A stretch of DNA of 64,000 nucleotides from an uncultured Desulfobacterales bacterium (lineage in GTDB: Bacteria > Desulfobacterota > Dissulfuribacteria > Dissulfuribacterales > QOAL01): positions 1,117-65,116 of the forward strand of contig CAZXAK010000019.1 in NCBI GenBank assembly GCA_964638145.1, in the 5' to 3' direction. Under the pieces are notes generated by a model. That model made no database searches. It had not been told where the DNA came from and saw nothing but the letters and a program-made list of their open reading frames with translations. The translations under genes and the position numbers were made by a program. This document shows, one piece after another, positions 1 through 7,689 of the stretch. Within the stretch, counting starts at the first letter, position 1. Each line of letters begins with the position of its first letter.

Positions 1-15
1 TCCCCCAACACAGTA

Positions 16-1158
16 TCAGAATGCGGCCTTCCATTTCAGGTAATAGATATCTCCCAACATGCCAAACTCGCTATCACCGGCCCCCACGTTGAACTGGGCT
101 CCTGCTGAAAATGTATGGTGATCGTTGAGTGTATATGTGATTACAGGGGCAATAAAGCTGCTGGCCGGACCATCAAAACTCTCTATGAGGAGCAGTGAAC
201 CAGAAAATACCAGGTTGAAATCGTACTGAAAGGTGAGGCCTGCATACAGAGGTGACATGACCATGTTGTTTGCTATCTCACAATCATAATTCTCAAGCAG
301 GTTCACATATGAAAATGTCTGCGAACTGTAGAGCATCTCGACCGCAACGGTAAGCCCGTTTTCAAACCCATAGTCAGCACCAATTATTCCCTGAAAAAAA
401 CCTGCGTTCATAGGGTAATTACGGAAATATCCACCTTCGGAACGCCACTCTGCACCTGTATCAAAGAGGTTTCCCTCAAGCTCATACCCTATCATCAGGG
501 TATCATGACTCACTATGAAATCCACACCAACATCTGCAACACGCAGATACCCCTTGAAACGTGCGGCATACTTCAGTGTATGATCCCGACGCATGGATAT
601 AACACTGCTCAGTGTACTCATATCAGAGACAGAGTAGGTATAGTCGGCGGCGAGCACACCTGAGACCTCGTCAGGCTCCAAGGCATAGGCGTTTCTCGGG
701 TTGTACAGATCAGTGGGGGTCCATATCCGCCCCACGCCCATACTGATCTTCTGGATTCCTACTGAAAGGACCTGACTTTCATCCTGGTAACCGCCATACA
801 GTCGGTGAAGCCTGAAAAAGACGGCCCCGCAGCCATAGTCATATACGGTGGTGCGGACATCAAATGGGATATCAGCCTTGCTGGCCTTCAGATAATGGAA
901 ATCCCTGCTGTCCACATAACCTTGCCCCAAAAAATTTACGGCGTCTCCTGTGAACGTCCAGAAAAAATCCCCTGCTGACCCCTCACTGTCAAGACGAAGC
1001 CGGTTGTAATCGTAAACATAGTCTGCGGAATTGAAAATATCAGGCTGGCGCAGGATAAAGTTGGTATTTTCAATGCCAGAAGAACCCTCTGCAGCATGAA
1101 CCCCTGATACCAGCAGGAGAAGGATCACACCACTATGAACAAACGATCTTGCCGTCAT
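16..1158 (-). CDS. putative outer-membrane beta-barrel protein (distal gene of Lol-like ABC cluster)
   Basis: 380-aa ORF. Signal-peptide-like N-terminus (VILLLLVSGVHA/AEG). Gly/Tyr/aromatic-rich alternating pattern. C-terminus LKWKAAF ends in Phe, as in OM barrels. Start overlaps the upstream ABC ATPase gene by 26 nt. Confidence 0.5.
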   Translation of the reverse strand: MTARSFVHSGVILLLLVSGVHAAEGSSGIENTNFILRQPDIFNSADYVYDYNRLRLDSEGSAGDFFWTFTGDAVNFLGQGYVDSRDFHYLKASKADIPFDVRTTVYDYGCGAVFFRLHRLYGGYQDESQVLSVGIQKISMGVGRIWTPTDLYNPRNAYALEPDEVSGVLAADYTYSVSDMSTLSSVISMRRDHTLKYAARFKGYLRVADVGVDFIVSHDTLMIGYELEGNLFDTGAEWRSEGGYFRNYPMNAGFFQGIIGADYGFENGLTVAVEMLYSSQTFSYVNLLENYDCEIANNMVMSPLYAGLTFQYDFNLVFSGSLLLIESFDGPASSFIAPVITYTLNDHHTFSAGAQFNVGAGDSEFGMLGDIYYLKWKAAF

Positions 1159-1804
1159 GCAGCTTTATGACCCGTCTTGCCTCCTCCACCACATAATCAT
1201 CATGGGAAGAGAAGAGGATGGTGATATCCTCCATCTCATTCAACTGCCTCATCATCTGCATGAGATGGCATGAATTCTTTGAGTCAAGATTTGCAGTTGG
1301 CTCATCTGCCAGTATCAGTCTTGGCCTTGCTGCCACTGCCCTTGCAACTGCCACACGCTGCTGCTGTCCACCACTCAAATGGTTTGGCAGGGAGTCCAGT
1401 TTATCCCTGATCTCAAGGATGTCTGCCAACTCCTCCACCCGCTCCTCAATGCTATCAGCAGAAAAGCCCCTCAACTTCATTATGAAACCTATATTTTCCC
1501 TGACATTCAGCACAGGAATCAGATTGTAGGCCTGGAATACAAACCCCACACGTTCAAGTCGCAAACGTGAACGATCTGATTCAGCCATCTCTGTAATGTC
1601 TGTCCCGTCAAGCATGATGGTGCCACTGTCCACGGTATCCAAGGCCCCTATCACATTCAACAGGGTGGTCTTTCCACAACCTGACGGCCCGGTAATCACG
1701 CTGAATTCACCATGGTCCACCACAAGATCAATGTTCCGCAGTGCATGCACCTGTCTCTCCGTGCCCCTGTAGAAATATTTATTGACTCCGCCAAGTTCTA
1801 TCAA
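1133..1804 (-). CDS. ABC transporter ATP-binding protein, MacB/LolD-like
   Basis: 223 aa. Walker A GPSGCGKTT, ABC signature LSGGQQQRVAVARA, Walker B LILADEPT. TTG start abuts the stop of the upstream permease gene. Confidence 0.9.
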   Translation of the reverse strand: MIELGGVNKYFYRGTERQVHALRNIDLVVDHGEFSVITGPSGCGKTTLLNVIGALDTVDSGTIMLDGTDITEMAESDRSRLRLERVGFVFQAYNLIPVLNVRENIGFIMKLRGFSADSIEERVEELADILEIRDKLDSLPNHLSGGQQQRVAVARAVAARPRLILADEPTANLDSKNSCHLMQMMRQLNEMEDITILFSSHDDYVVEEARRVIKLHDGKIVCS

Positions 1805-3028
1805 TCACTCCTCCTGTATGACATCAACCGGATTGAGGCGAAAGATACGGTAAAGTGGTAGTACCACAGATACCATGGAGGCAAGCAGGATGGCAAAGAA
1901 GCTCTGGATAAAGTAGCCCCATTTCATATCAGCATGAACAACGGCATTGAGCCCAAAGGCCTCAAGACCCTCTGCGAATGCCCTCAGATCAAGACCATAA
2001 TGAGAGAGATAGTAAAGCGCACCGTAACTCAGCACTGCACCACACAAGAAACCGAGACAACCCAACACCACTGCCTCTGAGAATACCTGCACGCCAAGCA
2101 TTGAATTGGGGGTGCCAAGCGCCATGAGGATGCCGAACTCCCGCGTACGTTCCAGTATGGACACCAGCATGACCCCAAAGATACCTATGAGCACCATGGT
2201 CATCACTATAGCAAAACTGATGGCATTGAATACACGCATCATATCCTGCATCTGCTCAAGCACCGGATATAGCTGTTTCCAGGTCCTGACCTCAAGACCG
2301 GGAAACAGGGCCTTGATACGTTCAGCCACAACCGATACAGGGACATCGGGAAAAAGTCTGACTGCCACCTGGGTGGCTGCATGTGGCGGACACTGTGCAA
2401 AACTTCGACTGCGCCGCAGCGATACAAATATTGCCGTATTGTCAATGGCCGGATTTGACGTCTGTATCACCCCACGGACTCTAAGGGCCATTGCACTGAT
2501 ATCACCCTGCATGGTCTGTGAAGAGAAGACAATACGATCCCCCACCTTCACATGCAGGTCTTTTTCAAGTTGACTTCCTATTACACACCCATTCAGCCTC
2601 TCTCCCCAGTCCAGCTTACCCTCCTGAACAAACGTCCCCAACTGCCCGAACCGTTGCTCTCTTGCGGCATCTATGCCAACAACCCGTGCCATTGATGACT
2701 TTCTCGCTGTAGAGGCAAGCCCTGTAAGGGCAAGACGCACCACAAAACACCGCACACCTGCCATCTCTGACAGAACGGCCTGAAGCCTTGAGGTGTCAGT
2801 CATGGCGTAATCGAGCCGTTGGTATAGTCTGTACCCGGGTTTATAGACAGATATTTCACCACAATCGCTGCGTATGGTGCGCAGTATCATGTCTGCAGCC
2901 ATTCCGTCATACAGGCCCTCGATTGCAAGCATTGCAGCCATACTCACGGCAATCATCAGTATCACGAGCAGTGAACGACTGGCCCTGCGCCACAGATTGA
3001 GCCATGCCATCTTTATGGCAATATCCAT
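1805..3028 (-). CDS. ABC transporter permease, FtsX/MacB-LolCE family
   Basis: The ORF track starts at GTG 3046. ATG 3028 (MDIAIKMAWLNLWRR) is preferred. It has an N-terminal TM helix, a large periplasmic loop and a C-terminal FtsX-type TM bundle (TREFGILMALG). Confidence 0.8.
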   Translation of the reverse strand: MDIAIKMAWLNLWRRASRSLLVILMIAVSMAAMLAIEGLYDGMAADMILRTIRSDCGEISVYKPGYRLYQRLDYAMTDTSRLQAVLSEMAGVRCFVVRLALTGLASTARKSSMARVVGIDAAREQRFGQLGTFVQEGKLDWGERLNGCVIGSQLEKDLHVKVGDRIVFSSQTMQGDISAMALRVRGVIQTSNPAIDNTAIFVSLRRSRSFAQCPPHAATQVAVRLFPDVPVSVVAERIKALFPGLEVRTWKQLYPVLEQMQDMMRVFNAISFAIVMTMVLIGIFGVMLVSILERTREFGILMALGTPNSMLGVQVFSEAVVLGCLGFLCGAVLSYGALYYLSHYGLDLRAFAEGLEAFGLNAVVHADMKWGYFIQSFFAILLASMVSVVLPLYRIFRLNPVDVIQEE

Positions 3029-3184
3029 GTTACAGGACACCTCCACGACTGATGGTGCTTTTTATCATACGTTCAAAGCTCACCGGTTGCGATGATTTGT
3101 CAATGATATATTTGTCTGCTGCCAATAACATGGGGAAAAACGCCATCTGCCCTTGCCTCTGCATTTCAGTGGTCCTGCAGTATG
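3026..3184. mobile_element. MITE-like element, family 1 (copy A)
   Basis: Roughly 159 bp. By eye it aligns along its length to copies at 28800-28964 and 60990-61154. Ends catgttacaggacacct ... gcatttcagtggtcctgcagtatg. It occupies the whole gap between the two permease genes. Confidence 0.75.
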
Positions 3185-3191
3185 GACAGGA

Positions 3192-4490
3192 TCAAACATG
3201 CCTCATTGCCTCAACCGGACTGAGCCTGTTGACCAGCATCACAGGATAGATCACTGCAAGGAGATTTATGACAAACACCACCCCGCCATTCCACAGAATG
3301 GTAACGAGATCACATCTCATGGGGAGCTGGTCTGATATGATACCGTACTGCCTGTAGGTCTCAGCGATTCCTTTTATGACAATGGGATGCACCTCGAAAT
3401 ACCACGTGACGGGCACTCCTGTCAGTATGGCAAGTGACACGGCAGGCACTGCGATGATCAGAACCTCAATGTACAGAAGCCTGAATATGTCCCAGGGGCC
3501 CAGACCTATAGCGCGAAGCATCCCCAGCTCACGTGTGCGTCCGGAGATGTTCAGGAAACTGAAGATCATGATGACAAAGAATATGACCACAAAAAAGACG
3601 GCCATCGAGATATATCCAAACACACTGTCAACCTCCATGGCCTGAACCTGCGCATGCATCAGTGTGGTCCAGGGAACTACCTCAAGATCTCCAGGCAGCA
3701 GCCTCTCTATACAGGATTTTACCCTGTCCATATGGTCCAGATCATCCACGGAGACCACTATATATGAGGCCATGTCCCTGCTAAGCATCACCGTATCAAA
3801 AAAGGGTTTGTTTACAAACGCAGCAACACTGTCAAACTGAAAAAGCCCTGTCCTGAAAAGCCCCACCACCTTGAAATTTTCTGCCGCAAAGGAACCGTCT
3901 GTGGCAGTACCGATAAGGGCAACTGTATCCCCTACCCTGCAGGAGAGCCGAAGCGCCAGCTCTTCTCCCATGTATATGGCATTGGTATCATCCTCGCTGA
4001 GGTATCTGCCCTGCTTCAGCGCAGAGGCAATACTTGATATCCTGCGTTCACGGGCAGGGTCTATACCCACCACCATGGCACCTGCTGAATCCGATGGCAT
4101 TGACAGCAACACATAAGTCTCAAGCCTGGGCGCGTATGCCCTGATCCCTGCTACTCGTTTCAGAAGAGACTCAACCGATTGAACGTCTTCTATAAGATAA
4201 TCATAACCACCCTGTTCCCGATAACCCCTCTCATAGACGTGCAGGGCACTGTTATAGACCCCAAGCGCTGTCCTTAGAGAATGCTCGTGAGACCCGTCCA
4301 TAAGGGCCACGTAGGCAATAAATAACAGGGCGCTCAAAAAAGAAAGCAGGAAGGTCACGATGGTCCTTCCTCTGTAATGCAGGATATTTTTCAGGGCAAG
4401 ATAGAGCACAGCCCCCTCTTCAACGGGAAAAACGTCTGAGCGCCTCCCTGGTGAAGTAACTTGGACTGATACCTTGGTCATATACCACAT
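3192..4490 (-). CDS. ABC transporter permease, FtsX/MacB-LolCE family
   Basis: 432 aa. N-terminal TM helix, periplasmic domain and C-terminal FtsX bundle (RTRELGMLRAIG). Paralogous architecture to 1805-3028. Confidence 0.8.
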   Translation of the reverse strand: MWYMTKVSVQVTSPGRRSDVFPVEEGAVLYLALKNILHYRGRTIVTFLLSFLSALLFIAYVALMDGSHEHSLRTALGVYNSALHVYERGYREQGGYDYLIEDVQSVESLLKRVAGIRAYAPRLETYVLLSMPSDSAGAMVVGIDPARERRISSIASALKQGRYLSEDDTNAIYMGEELALRLSCRVGDTVALIGTATDGSFAAENFKVVGLFRTGLFQFDSVAAFVNKPFFDTVMLSRDMASYIVVSVDDLDHMDRVKSCIERLLPGDLEVVPWTTLMHAQVQAMEVDSVFGYISMAVFFVVIFFVIMIFSFLNISGRTRELGMLRAIGLGPWDIFRLLYIEVLIIAVPAVSLAILTGVPVTWYFEVHPIVIKGIAETYRQYGIISDQLPMRCDLVTILWNGGVVFVINLLAVIYPVMLVNRLSPVEAMRHV

Positions 4491-5175
4491 CCAAGAGCCT
4501 CACCACGGTCTCATTCTTCTCCTTGCCCTTTTCAAGGGGTTTCAGACGCATCACCGTGGGTATCTGATGATTCCCAAATCTCCTGACCCTGGAGTAGAAC
4601 ATCTCACGCACCTTCTGGCCTGAGTCATCGTAAAAGATATCAGTAACCTGGGTCAGTGTCCGTGTATCAACCACAGAGATGATCTTTCCCCAAACCACGG
4701 CTGCATCAGGTTTGGGGACAAGCTCCAGGGTCACCATAGGACCGTCCTGCCTTATGACCCGGGCAGTATAATCATCAGCAAGGGAACTCTCCTTCACCAT
4801 GTCATCATTGGTGAAATCGCTCCCCATCCAGCTCTGAAGCATCATGGAGGGAGGTATCTTCACAATACGTTCAATCCTTGGAACATACTGATATAGCTGG
4901 TTTCCAAGCTTCAGAAAGGTTATGCCCCGGTCCCTTGGGGGATAGAGAATCTTCATAAATGCCTTTTTCTTGCCAACAGACCAGCTCTCGATCCTTATGG
5001 TGCGTTGATGCCTGGCAGATGTTATGCGCATCTCCATCTTCATATGCACATCCCTGCCCCTGAAGTTGTCCTCCACCTTTCTGACCAGTTCATTGGCATC
5101 CAGTGCGTATGCAGCAACAGAAAATAACAAAAAATATCCTGTACACAGGACAAAAACCCAAAAGAGACGTTTCAT
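4420..5175 (-). CDS. LolA-like outer-membrane lipoprotein-sorting family protein
   Basis: ATG 5175 (MKRLFWVFVLCTGYFLLFSVAAYA signal peptide) is preferred over the ORF-track start at 5280. Contains the WMGSDFTNDD motif that I associate with the LolA_like family. Confidence 0.7.
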   Translation of the reverse strand: MKRLFWVFVLCTGYFLLFSVAAYALDANELVRKVEDNFRGRDVHMKMEMRITSARHQRTIRIESWSVGKKKAFMKILYPPRDRGITFLKLGNQLYQYVPRIERIVKIPPSMMLQSWMGSDFTNDDMVKESSLADDYTARVIRQDGPMVTLELVPKPDAAVVWGKIISVVDTRTLTQVTDIFYDDSGQKVREMFYSRVRRFGNHQIPTVMRLKPLEKGKEKNETVVRLLDVVYDQGISPSYFTREALRRFSR

Positions 5176-5286
5176 CTCATGACCTCTACATCCATATCTC
5201 AAGCAGCACCGGATCACACCATAACAAAATGTTCCACTCAGAACGTAACAAGGGGTTGCGACATCAACCGCAACCCCCATCGGCCT

Positions 5287-5336
5287 TAATTACAGGCAAA
5301 ACAAAATTCCACATGACTTGAAACACCCAATTTACC
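5287..5336. repeat. MITE family 2 fragment (one end only)
   Basis: taattacaggcaaaacaaaattccacatgacttgaaacacccaatttacc resembles the right end of the full copy at 7315-7569 (taattaaagacaaaacaatatttcacatgatttgaaacgctcaattcagg). Confidence 0.5.
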
Positions 5337-5417
5337 GTGAAAATAAAATAGAGACCGTGGCCGGAGATTTTCATGACCGGGGGTGTTACCAACGGTATAG
5401 CGGAGTAACATGAAAGT

Positions 5418-6419
5418 TCAGGAGTGTAGTGCCTGGGACAGGGCCACTGAAACGGCAACAGACGCCCCAACCATGGGATTGTTACCCATACCGATAAAAC
5501 CCATCATCTCCACATGGGCTGGCACGGAAGAACTCCCTGCAAACTGTGCGTCACAGTGCATGCGTCCCATGGTATCTGTCATACCGTATGAAGCAGGTCC
5601 GGCTGCCATGTTGTCCGGGTGAAGCGTACGGCCCGTTCCACCGCCAGAGGCCACGGAAAAGTAGTGCTTGCCCTGCTCAAAGCACTCCTTCTTGTAGGTA
5701 CCTGCCACAGGGTGCTGAAACCTGGTGGGGTTGGTGGAGTTACCGGTAATGGATACGTCCACTCCCTCGAGATGGTTTATTGCAACGCCTTCACGCACGT
5801 CATCTGCCCCGTAGCAGCGCACCTTTGCCCTGTCACCAGACGAAAACGAAGTCTCCTTCACAACCGTCAGCTCACCTGTCTTGTAATTGAACTTTGTCTC
5901 CACATGGGTGAAGCCATTTACCCTGGCAATGATATAGGCTGCATCCTTGCCAAGACCGTTCAGGATTACCTTCAGGGGATTTTTGCGCACCCTGTTTGCA
6001 GAGTTGGCAAGACCAATGGCACCCTCTGCAGCGGCAAAAGACTCATGCCCTGCGATAAAGGCAAAGCACCGGGTATCTTCATTAAGCAGGCGGGATGCCA
6101 GGTTACCGTGCCCAATGCCCACCTTCCTCTGATCTGCCACGGACCCGGGTATGCAGAAGGCCTGCAGACCCTCTCCGAGTGTTGAGGCTATCTCCTCTGC
6201 ACCACTGTTACCCTTCTTTATTGCAATGGCGGCCCCAAGAATGTAGGCCCAGCATGCATTTTCAAAGCAGATAGGCTGGACATCCTTAACTATCTTATAT
6301 ACATCCACGCCCATAGAGAGGCTCATCTCCCTGGCATCTTCCAAGCTGGCAATACCGTACTTCTCAAGTACCGGCCTGATCTGCGCCATCCTCTGCTCAT
6401 ATCCTTCAAATAAGGCCAT
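5418..6419 (-). CDS. GGGtGRT family protein (function unknown)
   Basis: 333 aa. The eponymous motif is present (VASGGGTGRTLHP). Confidence 0.8.
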   Translation of the reverse strand: MALFEGYEQRMAQIRPVLEKYGIASLEDAREMSLSMGVDVYKIVKDVQPICFENACWAYILGAAIAIKKGNSGAEEIASTLGEGLQAFCIPGSVADQRKVGIGHGNLASRLLNEDTRCFAFIAGHESFAAAEGAIGLANSANRVRKNPLKVILNGLGKDAAYIIARVNGFTHVETKFNYKTGELTVVKETSFSSGDRAKVRCYGADDVREGVAINHLEGVDVSITGNSTNPTRFQHPVAGTYKKECFEQGKHYFSVASGGGTGRTLHPDNMAAGPASYGMTDTMGRMHCDAQFAGSSSVPAHVEMMGFIGMGNNPMVGASVAVSVALSQALHS

Positions 6420-6430
6420 GATATATCCTC

Positions 6431-7123
6431 CTACTCCTTGCGTGGATCTATGGTTTTTACTGCTTCACTGAACCTGCCGTACACACCTGATGCCTTTTCA
6501 AAGGCCTGATCAGGTGATATCCCCTGTTTTATGAACTCCATCATGACACCAAGATTTACATATCTGTACCCGATGATCTCGTCATTACTGTCAAGACCAA
6601 GCTCCATTATATATCCCTCTGCAGTCTCAAGATAGCGGGGCCCCTTGAGGGCTGTCCCATAAGTGGTACCAATAACACTGCGGGAACCCTTGCCAAGGTC
6701 CTCAAAACCGGCTCCCACCGGCAGACCGCTGTCAGAAAATGCCGACTGGCTCCTGCCGTAGGCTATCTGGAGAAACAGTTCACGCATGGCAGTGTTTATG
6801 GCATCACACACGAGATCTGTATTCAGGGCCTCGAGTACAGTCTTGGTAGGCAGTATCTCAGAGGCCATGGCTGCAGAATGGGTCATGCCCGTACATCCTA
6901 TGGTCTCCACCAGTGCCTCCTCGATGACACCGTTCTTCACGTTTAGTGTCAGTTTGCATGCACCCTGTTGCGGGGCACACCACCCTACGCCGTGGGTAAG
7001 TCCACTGATATCCTCTATCCTTCTTGCCTGAACCCACGCACCCTCTTCAGGTATGGGAGCAGGTCCATGATTGGTGCCAAGCGCAACCCTGCACATTGAC
7101 TCCACATTAGACGCATACTTCAT
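6431..7123 (-). CDS. NifU/IscU-like Fe-S scaffold domain protein
   Basis: 230 aa. IscU-like Cys pattern (GWCAPQQGACKLTLNVKNGVIEEA ... ETIGCTGMTHSAAMASE). Lies 11 nt upstream of the GGGtGRT gene. Confidence 0.6.
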   Translation of the reverse strand: MKYASNVESMCRVALGTNHGPAPIPEEGAWVQARRIEDISGLTHGVGWCAPQQGACKLTLNVKNGVIEEALVETIGCTGMTHSAAMASEILPTKTVLEALNTDLVCDAINTAMRELFLQIAYGRSQSAFSDSGLPVGAGFEDLGKGSRSVIGTTYGTALKGPRYLETAEGYIMELGLDSNDEIIGYRYVNLGVMMEFIKQGISPDQAFEKASGVYGRFSEAVKTIDPRKE

Positions 7124-7229
7124 AGCCAGTCTCCTGTCTGTTTATTTATAAACCACCATGCAGGCTGCACCCTGCACGACCAAAGATATAAAGAACCCGT
7201 TTACATACATCCCTATCAAGACCATAAAC

Positions 7230-7303
7230 CATGCTGCAGCACATCTGCAATGCAGAGACAATTGGTAAAGGCAGATGACACTTTTCCTCATGGTTTTGAC
7301 AGG
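7230..7303. repeat. MITE family 1, left-half fragment (copy F)
   Basis: catgctgcagcacatctgcaatgcagagacaattggtaaaggcagatgacacttttcctcatggttttgac parallels the left half of copy 28800-28964. It is truncated just before the family 2 element. Confidence 0.6.
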
Positions 7304-7314
7304 GAAAACTGTTA

Positions 7315-7569
7315 CCTGAATTGAGCGATTCCCAAGTTTGCATGAGATGCAAGGCGGAGGATACGCAGACGTACTGTTGTACTTCAAGTATCTGACAACG
7401 CTGCAGATCACGCGAAATTGGGAATCCCGTAGCGGTTTCAAATTATGTAGAAAGCAAAACAGTTACAGCAAACCCGTTGGATGACGGATAATTTCACAAA
7501 AAACAGCATTAATTTGCTGTAATTAAAGACAAAACAATATTTCACATGATTTGAAACGCTCAATTCAGG
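7315..7569. mobile_element. MITE-like element, family 2 (full copy G1)
   Basis: 255 bp. Terminal inverted repeats cctgaattgagcg / cgctcaattcagg. Flanked by the direct repeat tgtta (7310-7314 and 7570-7574). Homologous to 24159-24432 in the opposite orientation. Confidence 0.75.
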
Positions 7570-7689
7570 TGTTAATGTGCACGGATCATGGTCCCAAGTT
7601 ACAACCAAATGCCAAAGTTGCCAATTTGGAGACTCAGACAGCAAAACACCGCGCACCAGGTGGTAAGTTACACCCAATTCAGGCTACAA

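Noticed and set aside
2874-3249. Short ORFs spanning MITE copies: here, and also 7142-7677, 28788-29087 and 60942-61289. They share peptide strings such as FYH.FK.HQL...VNDIFA.
   Set aside because: The shared peptides simply reflect repeated DNA. The ORFs differ in length and frame between copies, lack RBSs, and are broken in the half and mini copies.
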